Below, piece by piece: positions 29,993 to 39,810 of a stretch of 64,000 nucleotides of DNA. The stretch is from Candidatus Micrarchaeota archaeon (lineage in GTDB: Archaea > Micrarchaeota > Micrarchaeia > CABMEP01): the NCBI GenBank assembly GCA_026413625.1, contig JAOAKO010000003.1, positions 2,507-66,506 of the forward strand, given 5' to 3'. The notes under the pieces were generated by a model. It was not told the DNA's origin. It saw only the letters and a list, made by a program, of their open reading frames with translations, and ran no database searches. The first letter of the stretch is position 1; the number at the start of each line of letters is the position of its first letter. The translations under genes and the position numbers were made by a program.

Positions 29993-31531
29993 TTATTCCA
30001 CCTTTCCGATTATCAATTTTTGTAATTCTATCGGAGGTATCGCCTTTGCCATCTCTATAGCAAATGAAAGCTTTGCTTCGCTTTCAGATACGATTTCAAA
30101 CAACGTATCTCCAGTGTTAACTTTATCTCCCATTTCACAATGCAGTACGATTCCAGCGCCCTTGTCTTTTGGCGCCCCAGCGACTCTGGCAATTTTATTT
30201 ATATATCTATTGTCAACGTGCGAAACCCTTCCGCTTTTCTCTGCTTTTACCTCGTATCTGTATTTTCCAATCGGTATGTCGTCTTCTTTAATATTCGGAT
30301 TTCCACCTTGCGCTTCTATTATCTCTTTGAACTTTTCATACGCCTTTCCGCTTTTTACTATGTTGAAGGCGTATTCTGCACCTTTTCCAGTAGGCGCCTT
30401 TCCGAGCATTTCCAATATACTTCCAGCCATAAGGCAACTTTTTTCTCTCAGCTCTTCCCCATCTTTCATTTTAAGCGCTTTTAATACCTCCAGGCATTCG
30501 AGCCCTGGCCCTATTCCTGAACCTATCGGATCTGACCCGTCTGTGATCAGGCATCTTGTTTTAATTCCCAATTGCTCGCTCACCTGCAGAAAGTCATTTG
30601 CAAGCAATTTTCCTTCAGCTTCGTTTTCAACCTTTGCACCCCTTCCTACCGGAATATCCACAATCAGGTATTCAGCACCGACTGCCTTTTTCTTTCCAAG
30701 TATAGATGCGAGAAGGAGTCCTTTAGGATCCAAATGGAGAGAGTTTCTTATTCTTATAAGCTTGTCATCGACCGGCGCAAGATTTATCGCTCCGCCCCAA
30801 GCGATACACCCCTTTGTTTTTAAGACAACTTGTCTCAACTCGTCTATAGGCAAAACTATGGGTGCGAACACTTCAAATGTATCAGCAGTCCCAGAAGCTG
30901 AGGATATTGCACGAGAGGAAGTTTTTGGTATGTACACCCCTGCTGCAGCAAGAATCGGCACGATTAACATGGTTGTTCTGTTTCCAGCAACACCTCCAAT
31001 GCAGTGCTTATCGGCTATAGGATGTACGTTCAAGTCAAGAGTCACACCTGTACTTACCATTGATTTTGCCAATGCGACAGTTTCCCCTATACCGAATCCA
31101 TTTATATACGCTGCCGCAATAAATGAAGCCAATTCCCCTTCGTTTAGTCGGTTTTCAACAGTTTCTTTCACAATAGTGTATATTTCATTTTCACTTAGAA
31201 CTTCCCTGTCCATTTTTCTTTTTATGTACTCAAGCGATTTTGGAACAGGAATATGTTGTATTTCGACCAAATCGCCATCTTTAACTTTAAGCTGTTTAGC
31301 AATGTCTTTATAAATCGCAACCTCGCCTTTATCAACCATTGTCTTTGAAGTGTCAATTATTGCAATCGCTTCTTTTTCCTTGTGCTTCATGCTTACTCTA
31401 TCTGATATGTATATGTCGTTATAAGTCGCCTCTTCTTCATTAAGAATTGCGATATTCTTTCCAGCTTCAATGTCAAGTATCCTTACCCTGAATTTATGGA
31501 TTCTATGCGGAATTTCCTTACCATTCTTCAT
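29993..31531 (-). CDS. deoA: AMP phosphorylase
   Basis: N-terminal extra domain, DKHCIGGVAGN, PKTSSRAISS.SGTAD, AGAPKDKGAG. Confidence 0.95.
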   Translation of the reverse strand: MKNGKEIPHRIHKFRVRILDIEAGKNIAILNEEEATYNDIYISDRVSMKHKEKEAIAIIDTSKTMVDKGEVAIYKDIAKQLKVKDGDLVEIQHIPVPKSLEYIKRKMDREVLSENEIYTIVKETVENRLNEGELASFIAAAYINGFGIGETVALAKSMVSTGVTLDLNVHPIADKHCIGGVAGNRTTMLIVPILAAAGVYIPKTSSRAISSASGTADTFEVFAPIVLPIDELRQVVLKTKGCIAWGGAINLAPVDDKLIRIRNSLHLDPKGLLLASILGKKKAVGAEYLIVDIPVGRGAKVENEAEGKLLANDFLQVSEQLGIKTRCLITDGSDPIGSGIGPGLECLEVLKALKMKDGEELREKSCLMAGSILEMLGKAPTGKGAEYAFNIVKSGKAYEKFKEIIEAQGGNPNIKEDDIPIGKYRYEVKAEKSGRVSHVDNRYINKIARVAGAPKDKGAGIVLHCEMGDKVNTGDTLFEIVSESEAKLSFAIEMAKAIPPIELQKLIIGKVE

Positions 31532-31539
31532 GTTTTCAC

Positions 31540-32445
31540 CTACTGATTGCTAAGATATTTCTCAACTGCGGTCATAACATTTTGTGGAGGTATTATTCCG
31601 ATTTCTGTTATGTACGCGCGGATATATTGTGGAAGAGTGACGTCAAAAGCGGGATTTATCACTTTTAAACCCTTAATTGGCTTAGGAAGCACTTCTTTTG
31701 GATCTCGCATTTCGATTTCAGTCATTTTTCCGAATTTAGTTAACGGATCAAACTTGTATATCTGTGTAGCAGAGTAAAATGGAATTTTCATATCATTCGC
31801 AACCGTTGCGATTGTCGAAGTTCCAATTTTGTTGTACAGCGATCCGTCAGTTGCGATAGCATCCGCGCCCACCATCACCAAATCTACGTCTTTCATGATG
31901 TATTTTACTGCCGAATCCACTATCATAGTTACATCTACCTTTGCTGAAGCAAGTTCTTTGGCAGTTTTATGTCCTTGGTATAAGGGACGGGTTTCAGTAC
32001 AATATACTTTAATTTTCTTTTTCTTACTTGCTCTGACGAGTATGCTATTTACTGTCGTACTGTGGCAGTGAGTAAGAATAGTTTGGCCGTCCCAAATAAG
32101 TTCGGACCCATATTCAGTTATTTTAAGAAACGCATCTGTAAACTGCTTATCGTATATCTTCATTGTTTCTTCAGCTAATTTTTTAATCTCTTCTACGTCC
32201 CTTCCATGCTCAAGCTTCGCGAAAAAGAATCTAAGCGTGTTTCTTGCCATTGGTTCAGTCGGTCTCAACGAAAGAAGGTTTTGACTCGCGTGCTCAATCT
32301 CTCTAAGAATCTCTTCCTTGGTTTTTGCCTTACTTTTCTTTATACTAAGTACCAGTGCTTTTGCAGTTGCAGCGGCAACTCTTCTTGCCCCCTGAATCTT
32401 CAGAGTTTTAATGTGATGCATTATCTTTTTTACTTCTTTTACCAT
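31540..32445 (-). CDS. Ribose-1,5-bisphosphate isomerase (eIF2B family)
   Basis: IQGA..VA, RPTEP, LTHCHS, ETRP.YQG, GADA, NKIGT, NPAFDVT; adjacent to AMP phosphorylase. Confidence 0.92.
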   Translation of the reverse strand: MVKEVKKIMHHIKTLKIQGARRVAAATAKALVLSIKKSKAKTKEEILREIEHASQNLLSLRPTEPMARNTLRFFFAKLEHGRDVEEIKKLAEETMKIYDKQFTDAFLKITEYGSELIWDGQTILTHCHSTTVNSILVRASKKKKIKVYCTETRPLYQGHKTAKELASAKVDVTMIVDSAVKYIMKDVDLVMVGADAIATDGSLYNKIGTSTIATVANDMKIPFYSATQIYKFDPLTKFGKMTEIEMRDPKEVLPKPIKGLKVINPAFDVTLPQYIRAYITEIGIIPPQNVMTAVEKYLSNQ

Positions 32446-32574
32446 ATTCTTATTTTTTTAAGATATAATTATAAATATTTTCAATTATACCTGCTAAAAA
32501 CGAAGCTTTAAAATTTAGACGCATAAATAATAAATATACTATATGGCAATTAATCATCAGCATCTTGTGATTTT

Positions 32575-33711
32575 ATGGCAGATTCTCTTAAGCAGATTGT
32601 TGATCTTCCGTTGAGGGGCGAAGTAAAACTTGAAAATTTTGATGAGCTTACAGAAGACGACAAAGAGCTTCTTAAGTTTTATGAATCTACAAAGCCGAAA
32701 ATATACGTCTTAGGTATGGGTGGAAGCGGCAGCAATACTGTGAATCGCCTTTCTCAAATCGGTATCAAGGGCTCGACAATCGTTGCGATGAATACCGATG
32801 TTCAACATTTGTTGCACGTTAAGGCAGATAAGAAACTTCTTCTAGGCAAGACGACAACGAGAGGAATTGGTGCTGGAAGCGATCCTGAAGTCGGCGAGGC
32901 AGCAGCAAACGAATCTCTTGAAGACATCAAAAAGATAATTTCAGACGCATCGCTTGTCTTTATAACTTGCGGATTGGGTGGGGGAACAGGAACAGGTTCC
33001 GCACCTGTTGCCGCAAAGGTAGCAAAAGAGTTGGGGGCGCTTGTCGTGGCAGTTGTTACATTGCCGTTTACTTCTGAGGGGGAAAAAAGACGGCAAAACG
33101 CCATGAAAGGGTTGGAAAAATTGCGAAGATCAGTCGATACCATGATTGTAATTCCTAATGATAAGCTACTTGCAGTGGTTCCCGATCTTCCGCTTGACGC
33201 TGCATTCAGAGTTTCCGATGAAGTTCTTGCCAAATCAGTAAAAGGAATAGCTGAATTGATTACAGTTTCAGGTCTCATTAATCTTGATCTTGCGGATTTG
33301 AAAACCATACTTAAAGACGGTGGCTATGCTATGATCGGAGTAGGCGAGTCGAGCGTAGATTCTTCTTATGATGAAAGAGCGCTACTCGCGGCAAGCACAG
33401 CGCTTAAAAGTCCTCTTCTTGATGTCGACATCTCGACTTCAAACCGCGCAATAATAAACGTAGTCGGAGGCGAAGATATGACATTAAGGGAGGCAGAACT
33501 CATAGCGAGGGAAGTCTCTAAGCAGATCGCAAAAGATTCGCACATTATATGGGGGGCAAGAGTTGACAAATCAATGAAGAGATCGCAAATACAGGTGCTT
33601 GTGGTGTTAGTTGGAGTTAGCGCAGGAGATATTGAGAAAAAACCGGTAGCTGCAAAGATAGCGGAAGAACTTGAAGAAGTAAATTTAGACGACTTAGACT
33701 TAGCTGTGTAG
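32575..33711 (+). CDS. ftsZ: Cell division protein FtsZ
   Basis: GMGGSGSN, NTD.QHL, GLGGGTGTG, PF..EG..R, INLDLAD. Confidence 0.98.
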   Translation: MADSLKQIVDLPLRGEVKLENFDELTEDDKELLKFYESTKPKIYVLGMGGSGSNTVNRLSQIGIKGSTIVAMNTDVQHLLHVKADKKLLLGKTTTRGIGAGSDPEVGEAAANESLEDIKKIISDASLVFITCGLGGGTGTGSAPVAAKVAKELGALVVAVVTLPFTSEGEKRRQNAMKGLEKLRRSVDTMIVIPNDKLLAVVPDLPLDAAFRVSDEVLAKSVKGIAELITVSGLINLDLADLKTILKDGGYAMIGVGESSVDSSYDERALLAASTALKSPLLDVDISTSNRAIINVVGGEDMTLREAELIAREVSKQIAKDSHIIWGARVDKSMKRSQIQVLVVLVGVSAGDIEKKPVAAKIAEELEEVNLDDLDLAV

Positions 33712-33825
33712 GATATTTGCTATATGCGCATATTTTTATTTCTTTTTATAGTATATATAATATTCTTAGACTACTTGTCAGATAATCCAATGATTATAAA
33801 CCATCATACATTTTAAGGTGTTAGC

Positions 33826-34011
33826 ATGTCAATTATAAAAGGTTTAAAAGAATTTTATGATAAAGCAGTCTATGTATGGAGAGCTAGCGAGAAACCATCA
33901 CAGAAAGAAATAAATACCAATTTAAGAATCGTTCTCCTTGGAATTTTAGTGCTTGGAGTAATTGGTTTTATCATATCCATAATATTCGGTTTCTTGCACT
34001 TTTCGCAATAA
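33826..34011 (+). CDS. secE: Protein translocase SecE/Sec61gamma
   Basis: VWR..EKP..KE and TM GILVLGVIGFII; ftsZ-secE-spt5 synteny. Confidence 0.9.
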   Translation: MSIIKGLKEFYDKAVYVWRASEKPSQKEINTNLRIVLLGILVLGVIGFIISIIFGFLHFSQ

Positions 34012-34022
34012 ACGGTGGAATT

Positions 34023-34469
34023 ATGATATTTGCATATAGAGTTACGTCTGGCCAAGAGCACATAGTTCTCGAAATGCTTACTCACAAGGCCGAAAAGATG
34101 AAGGATTCGATCGGTGCGATATTCAGATTTCCAGAAGTTAAAGGATACATATTCATAGAGGCATCAGACATTTCTTCTGCAAAATCAATTTCGCAGGGCA
34201 TCAGGCATATAAAAGGAATGATTTCAAAGCCTGTTGACTTTGCAGAAATGGCAAAGCTTGTAGAAGAAGGGGTGCAGTCTGTAAAGCTAGGAAAAGGCGA
34301 TATAATCGAGTTTACAAGCGGACCATTCAAGGGAGAAAGAGGAAAGATAATGAGAATAGACGAAGCAAAAGATACTATTACAGTTGAACTTATCGATGTT
34401 GCAGTTTCAGTTCCAGTAACTGCTAAAATCAGTACGGTTAAAATAATTCAAAAAGCAGAAGAGGATTAA
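34023..34469 (+). CDS. spt5: Transcription elongation factor Spt5
   Basis: NGN domain (VTSGQE, KGYIFIEA) and KOW (GPFKGE). Confidence 0.96.
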   Translation: MIFAYRVTSGQEHIVLEMLTHKAEKMKDSIGAIFRFPEVKGYIFIEASDISSAKSISQGIRHIKGMISKPVDFAEMAKLVEEGVQSVKLGKGDIIEFTSGPFKGERGKIMRIDEAKDTITVELIDVAVSVPVTAKISTVKIIQKAEED

Positions 34470-34519
34470 TAATGATGCAGACGATGGCTTAATCTAGCAG
34501 ATAAAATATAGGTGAGTAT

Positions 34520-35008
34520 ATGGCAGAAATTACAGTGTCGCTTTTGGTGGAAGGCGGGAAGGCTTCAGGAGGACCACCTTTAGCAACTTCAATAGGACCG
34601 CTCGGTATAAATGTAAATAACATCGTAAAAGAAATAAATGACAAGACAAAAGACTTTGCAGGGGTTACAGTTCCTGTTAAAGTCACAGTCAATAAAGAAA
34701 CAAAAACCTACAAAATTGAGATCGGAATGCCAGCTGTTGCATCTTTAATTAAGAAAGAAATCGGGATTGAAAAAGGTGCAAAGGCAGAGCCAGGTCAAAA
34801 ACCAGCACCGGTTGGAGACATCTCTTTTGAGAAGGTAGTAAAAATTGCAAAAATAAAGATCGGATCTACAAATGCAACTGAGCTCAAGTCTGCCGTTCTT
34901 TCAGTATTGGGAACTTGCTTAAGTGTCGGCGTGACATGTGAAGGGCAGGATCCAAGAGTGATAATAAAGAAAGTCAAAAAAGGCGAGTACGATTCAAATA
35001 TTAAGTGA
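34520..35008 (+). CDS. rpl11: 50S ribosomal protein L11
   Basis: VEGGKASGGPPL...GP.G.N, F.G..VPVKV, GTC.S.GV. Confidence 0.97.
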   Translation: MAEITVSLLVEGGKASGGPPLATSIGPLGINVNNIVKEINDKTKDFAGVTVPVKVTVNKETKTYKIEIGMPAVASLIKKEIGIEKGAKAEPGQKPAPVGDISFEKVVKIAKIKIGSTNATELKSAVLSVLGTCLSVGVTCEGQDPRVIIKKVKKGEYDSNIK

Positions 35009-36711
35009 GTTTAATGGCATTTGTTTCGCATCAAAAAAGCGCTAAAATATTGAGTCGTTCTGCGTATAGATTTGGTTTATTTTTTATTTTTGTCTTATTT
35101 TTTTCTTATTTCACTATTTCATTTCCTGTAGATATTAAATGGAGGGTTCAGACAAATTCCACTTCAACACAACCAGCATTGTCAAAAGATTATGTTTTTA
35201 CAGTTTCTGATTTCGGCGTAGTAACTGCTTTAAATAAAATGACAGGTGCAAAGGTTTGGGAAATAGAAATAAAAAATAAGGTTTCGTATGGTCCAACATT
35301 TGCATCAAATCTACTGTTTGTCCCTACAGAAAATCAATTAATTGCAATAACGAGCGAAGGAAGGATCTTAGGCAATATTTCATTTAACTCTACAATCTCA
35401 GCGCCAGTCTTAGATACAGGTTCAAATCTGGTTGTAATCACCAAAGAAGGAATCATTTATGTGCTTTCGTATCCTCAGAACAACCTAACAAATCGAAACA
35501 TAATCAGAAGCTTTAAATTGGATGGAGAAATAGACTCTTCTTTCGTGATAAGCGGCAATAAAATTTATGTATCCACTGTTGGGGGTAAGTTGTATTCGAT
35601 CGATCCGACTTCTTCGGCAATTCTACTTTATGATATAGGTTATTCAGTTTGGAGATCGAAACTTGCAATAACAAATAACAGCATTTACATTCCTGTAGAA
35701 CACTCAATTTATGTAGTTGATGTTCAAGGCAGACTTTTCCTCACAAAAAAGATTTCTGAAGGAAATCTTAATTCATTATCCACTGACGGAGAAAGACTTT
35801 ATATTGGTTCAGATGACGGAAATCTTTACGCATTAAATTTAGACGGATCTGTCATCTGGAAATTTACGACAAACAATTCAATTAAATCAGTTCCAATTGT
35901 TATGCAAAATTCGATAATAGTATCATCTAGAGATAATAATATTTATAGCATAAGCAAGGACGGACGCTTGCTTTGGAAGCTGTCTTTTTCAGATTGGCCA
36001 GGCCAGATTGTAGAAGATAAGGGAATGTTATACCTGTCCTCATATGATGGAATCGTTTATGCGATATCTCTTATGTCCTGCAGAATAACAAATCCAGCAT
36101 CGAACTCGTCAGTTCTTCCATTGTTTGCCATTGCAGGTGATGCTTATTCCGAAAATGGAATAAAATCAGTTGAAGTAAGAACGCTACCTGGAGATTGGCA
36201 AACCGTTTCGCTACATGGTTCTTGGCCAAACATCGCTTGGTCCGGAAATATGCAGATAACTGGTTTTTCAGAAGGAGAGATACAAGTACAATGCAGGGTG
36301 ATAGATAATAACCATAATCAGGAGCAAGCTCCTTACTATACCTCCAGTTATAACTTCGTATTTTCATCAGAAAAGCTTCCAAAAATAAATATCTCATATC
36401 CTAAGCAAGTAAATGTAAATCAACCTTTTTCTATCAGGTTCTTCACTGAAGATGGCGCTATACTCACTGATCTTACAGTTAAGGTAAGCGGCCAAACTTT
36501 TAAGGTAACAGATAAATCGGGTCAGTTTACTTATACTCCAACTACCGAGGGAAACTTAGTAATCTATATCGAGAAAGGGGGATATCAGCAGAGGCAGATA
36601 GAAATTAAAGTTACAAAACCTCTAATACAGCCGATTTATGTTGTAATAATATTTGTAATAGGGATCGCAGTCGTCATTTATACTTCAATAAGGAAAGGAA
36701 CTTGGAGATGA
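35005..36711 (+). CDS. PQQ-like beta-propeller surface protein with Ig-like domains
   Basis: Repeats such as YIGSDDGNLYALNLDGSVIWKF; N-terminal signal/TM; C-terminal TM anchor. Confidence 0.85.
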   Translation: MSLMAFVSHQKSAKILSRSAYRFGLFFIFVLFFSYFTISFPVDIKWRVQTNSTSTQPALSKDYVFTVSDFGVVTALNKMTGAKVWEIEIKNKVSYGPTFASNLLFVPTENQLIAITSEGRILGNISFNSTISAPVLDTGSNLVVITKEGIIYVLSYPQNNLTNRNIIRSFKLDGEIDSSFVISGNKIYVSTVGGKLYSIDPTSSAILLYDIGYSVWRSKLAITNNSIYIPVEHSIYVVDVQGRLFLTKKISEGNLNSLSTDGERLYIGSDDGNLYALNLDGSVIWKFTTNNSIKSVPIVMQNSIIVSSRDNNIYSISKDGRLLWKLSFSDWPGQIVEDKGMLYLSSYDGIVYAISLMSCRITNPASNSSVLPLFAIAGDAYSENGIKSVEVRTLPGDWQTVSLHGSWPNIAWSGNMQITGFSEGEIQVQCRVIDNNHNQEQAPYYTSSYNFVFSSEKLPKINISYPKQVNVNQPFSIRFFTEDGAILTDLTVKVSGQTFKVTDKSGQFTYTPTTEGNLVIYIEKGGYQQRQIEIKVTKPLIQPIYVVIIFVIGIAVVIYTSIRKGTWR

Positions 36712-37306
36712 ATTCTGACTTGACCCATTTTTCATTTATTTTGTGAACAATTCCCTTTTCATTACCTGTTTTCCATACGATAAAACTTACTATTAACGTT
36801 AAAGCAATAGTAATAAACGCAATAACCTCAATTTTTTCATGAGGCATTACTGGATGGGTTCCAATTAAATAATCAGCGGCATCATTAAGCAAATAAAACA
36901 CCAGGATTAAAATTAGCTCGCTTCCCTCCATTTTCTTACCAATCAATAAAAATCCTTCTAAAAACAGCCCAAGATGTGCAAGAAATAGAATCGAATATGT
37001 AATAAAATCAGAGCCTAAAAAGAATTCATAGTAGAAAAGAATCACAAACATAGTCCATAATCCATACTTTATTGAGCCAACGGCTGCAAAATTTCTTAGG
37101 TTTTTAAAGGTGTTCAGATTATTTTCTATGCTTAGATCTAGAAATATCAGCCCGACTAATAAAGCTTGTAAAGGACAATCAATTATCAATATCCAAAATA
37201 TAGGTTCCCATTTTTCCAACACGTCTGAATAGTAGTAAACACCATATAGAAAACCGATGAAGTTTACAACCGCAAATAAAAATATCAAATTTTTTACATC
37301 TTTCAT
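36674..37306 (-). CDS. DUF1405 family membrane protein
   Basis: N..G..YG..YY, W..I.DCP, KYGLWT, H, ND..DY..GTHP. Confidence 0.8.
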   Translation of the reverse strand: MKDVKNLIFLFAVVNFIGFLYGVYYYSDVLEKWEPIFWILIIDCPLQALLVGLIFLDLSIENNLNTFKNLRNFAAVGSIKYGLWTMFVILFYYEFFLGSDFITYSILFLAHLGLFLEGFLLIGKKMEGSELILILVFYLLNDAADYLIGTHPVMPHEKIEVIAFITIALTLIVSFIVWKTGNEKGIVHKINEKWVKSEFISKFLSLLKYK

Positions 37307-37310
37307 CCAT

Positions 37311-37790
37311 TCAACCTATCTTTCTTATAGGGACTCCACCCACGAATTCATTTTTCTTGACATCTCGATTTACAAGTGACATGGCTGAAATCCTTGCATT
37401 GTCCATTATTTCTACCCCTGGCAAAACAGTGGTATTGGCTCCAATCATGACGTTTTTTCCTATCTTAACACGCCCGACTCTTAATTCTTCTTGGAGAAAC
37501 TCGTGAGTAAGTATTGTGGAATTGAATCCGATTATTGTATTGTCTCCTATTTCTATTAATTCTGGGAAAAAGATATCAAATGTAACTCCTAATCCAATTG
37601 CCGCGTCCTTACCAATCTTCATACCTGTCATAGCGTAAAGTATGCGTTTCAATCTTAGAGACGGCATGTATTTTGCTATATAAATCAGTATAAAGTTATA
37701 TATCAGAATAAGCGGATTTTTTGCCTTATGCCAATAATTCAGTGAGTTCTTACTGCCATGGAATCTTATTTTTTTCAATTTTCTCATCAT
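37311..37790 (-). CDS. Hexapeptide-repeat acetyltransferase, YvoF-like
   Basis: KNSL, NFI.I.IAKY.P, DIFFPELIEIGDNTIIGFNSTILTHEF, IGANTTVLPGV, FVGG.P. Confidence 0.85.
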   Translation of the reverse strand: MMRKLKKIRFHGSKNSLNYWHKAKNPLILIYNFILIYIAKYMPSLRLKRILYAMTGMKIGKDAAIGLGVTFDIFFPELIEIGDNTIIGFNSTILTHEFLQEELRVGRVKIGKNVMIGANTTVLPGVEIMDNARISAMSLVNRDVKKNEFVGGVPIRKIG

Positions 37791-37910
37791 CCCACTTTGA
37801 AATCGGAATTAAATAACCAACAAAACAAAAACGTTTTTAAATTATAATGCTGTATATATGTTATCTTTATATTTACATAAATTTAAAATACGCACAGATT
37901 ATTATCTGTT

Positions 37911-37940
37911 GCCCGTATAACCGCAATTTTGCGGGAGGGT
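37911..37940 (+). promoter_or_regulatory. Putative L1-binding translational operator in rpl1 leader
   Basis: GCCC-GUAUAA-CCGCAA-UU-UUGCGG-GA-GGGU internal-loop hairpin overlapping the SD, 6 nt before the ATG. Confidence 0.65.
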
Positions 37941-37946
37941 GTTTAG

Positions 37947-38579
37947 ATGATCAATGACGAAAGTATAAAACAGGCAATATCCAAAGCTTTAGAGGAAAAA
38001 GGATCAAGAAAGTTTGTTCAGTCTTTAGAGATGGCTGTAAACTTTAAGAATATCGATATGTCAAAGCAGGAGAACAGACTGAATCTTGAAGTTCCGCTTC
38101 CAAAAGGGAGGGGTAAAAATATAAATCTCGTTGTTTTCGCTGATGGAAATGTCGCTGCAGACGCAAAGGCAGCAGGCGCTGAATTTGTAATAGGCAGCGA
38201 CCAGATTCCAAAGTACAAGAAATCAGAAATAAAAAAGCTAGCTAAGAATTCCGAATTCTTTGCGCAGCCGCAATTAATGGTTGTTGTAGGTAAGAATTTT
38301 GGTCAGATTCTGGGTGGAAGAGGAAAAATTCCAAAACCGTTAGTGGGAAACGTTTCTGCAATGCTTAAGAATGCTAGAAATATAGTTAAAGTTAGATCTA
38401 GAGGAAAATTCCTCCCGGTTGTTCACTGCCCAATAGGGACAGAAAACATGTCAGTTGAAGATCTTACTGAAAACGCCAAAGCAATTCTCAACGCAATAAG
38501 AAATAAAGTCGGCGGTGATTCTGCTATAAAGTCAGTTGTTGTTAAGCTATCTATGGGTAAGCCAGTAAAAATTGAATGA
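37947..38579 (+). CDS. rpl1: 50S ribosomal protein L1
   Basis: RKFVQSLE..VN, LP.GRGK, G..LG.RGK.P.P, IGTE.M, KLSMGKP. Confidence 0.97.
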   Translation: MINDESIKQAISKALEEKGSRKFVQSLEMAVNFKNIDMSKQENRLNLEVPLPKGRGKNINLVVFADGNVAADAKAAGAEFVIGSDQIPKYKKSEIKKLAKNSEFFAQPQLMVVVGKNFGQILGGRGKIPKPLVGNVSAMLKNARNIVKVRSRGKFLPVVHCPIGTENMSVEDLTENAKAILNAIRNKVGGDSAIKSVVVKLSMGKPVKIE

Positions 38580-38595
38580 TTAATTGGTGATGTTT

Positions 38596-39435
38596 ATGGT
38601 CAGCGCACTTGATATTAAAAAGCAAAAAGTAGCCGAGATTTCGAATCAATTAAAATCTGCAAAGGTTGTTGCAGTCATCGATTTGCACACTTTGCCTAAC
38701 GCCCTTCTTCATCAGATAAGAAAAGAGCTTAAAGCAGATGCTAAGATAATAATCTACAAAACATCTCTTTTAAGAAGAGCGCTTAGAATGGCAAAGCTTG
38801 ATTCCTTACTACCAGCGATGAAAGGAGAAAAGGCTTTGCTTATTGCAGATATGGATCCATTTAAGCTATATAAAAAGATGAATGCAAATCCACTAAAGGT
38901 TTATGCAAAGCCAGGTCAGATTGCACCTTACGATATTATCGTACCTGCAGGTGAAACACAGCTTCCACCGGGTCCTATACTTACAGAGCTTAAAAGCGCC
39001 GGAATAGACGCTAGGATACAAGGTGGAAAGGTAGCAGTAGGAAAAGATTCTCTAGTGGCAAAGAAAGGAGAGGCAATAAAAGACATAGTCGCAAAGGCAT
39101 TACAGAAGCTAGACATAAAACCTTTTGAAGTCAGAGTTCACGTGCCTTTGGCATACGAATCAGGAATTGTTTATACTGAAGAGCTACTCAACGTAGATGA
39201 GAAGAAACTACTGTCAGATTTGACAAGCGGATACTTCAACGCAAGAGCGATCTCAATGGAAATAGGATATATAACCAAAGATACGATAGAGCCTTTGATG
39301 CAGAAGGCATACCGCAATGCAAGATACATTGGAATAGAGAAAGATATCATGCTTCCTGAATTGATGGAAGAATTGATGAAGAAGGCAGCTAGACAGGCAC
39401 AGTCGGTTAACGCGTCAGTGCCACAAGCTGCATGA
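38596..39435 (+). CDS. rpl10: 50S ribosomal protein L10 (P0)
   Basis: AKPGQIAP.DI.VPAG.T..PPGP, GI..RI.GGK, L.KLDIKP. Confidence 0.96.
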   Translation: MVSALDIKKQKVAEISNQLKSAKVVAVIDLHTLPNALLHQIRKELKADAKIIIYKTSLLRRALRMAKLDSLLPAMKGEKALLIADMDPFKLYKKMNANPLKVYAKPGQIAPYDIIVPAGETQLPPGPILTELKSAGIDARIQGGKVAVGKDSLVAKKGEAIKDIVAKALQKLDIKPFEVRVHVPLAYESGIVYTEELLNVDEKKLLSDLTSGYFNARAISMEIGYITKDTIEPLMQKAYRNARYIGIEKDIMLPELMEELMKKAARQAQSVNASVPQAA

Positions 39436-39468
39436 TCATCAAAAGATATATGTTTTTGAGGTGAATTT

Positions 39469-39768
39469 ATGGAATATATATACGCTGCTTTGTTGTTGCA
39501 CGCAGGCAAGAAAGAGATAACTGAAGATGCATTGAATGCAACCGTTAAGGCTGCAGGTTTGACACCAGACCCTGCAAAGGCTAAAATGGTAGTCACTGCT
39601 CTTCAGGGTGCAAATATAGATGAAATGTTAAAGAACGCTTCAATGCCAGTTGCAGTTGCAGCACCAGCTGCAGGCGCAGCACCGGCTGAAGCAAAGAAAG
39701 AAGAAAAGAAGGAAGAGAAGAAAACTGAAGAAGAGGCGGCAGCAGGACTCGGTAGCCTGTTCGGCTGA
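39469..39768 (+). CDS. rpl12: 50S ribosomal protein L12 (P1)
   Basis: [11 protein letters not shown]...[13 protein letters not shown]. Confidence 0.98.
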   Translation: MEYIYAALLLHAGKKEITEDALNATVKAAGLTPDPAKAKMVVTALQGANIDEMLKNASMPVAVAAPAAGAAPAEAKKEEKKEEKKTEEEAAAGLGSLFG

Positions 39769-39810
39769 TCTTCTTTTTCTTTTTTATTTATTGTTTATTC
39801 TTCCTTTGTT

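Noticed and set aside
30114..31313. 399-aa plus-strand ORF
   Set aside because: Antisense shadow lying entirely within AMP phosphorylase; Ser/Pro/Phe-rich with no motifs
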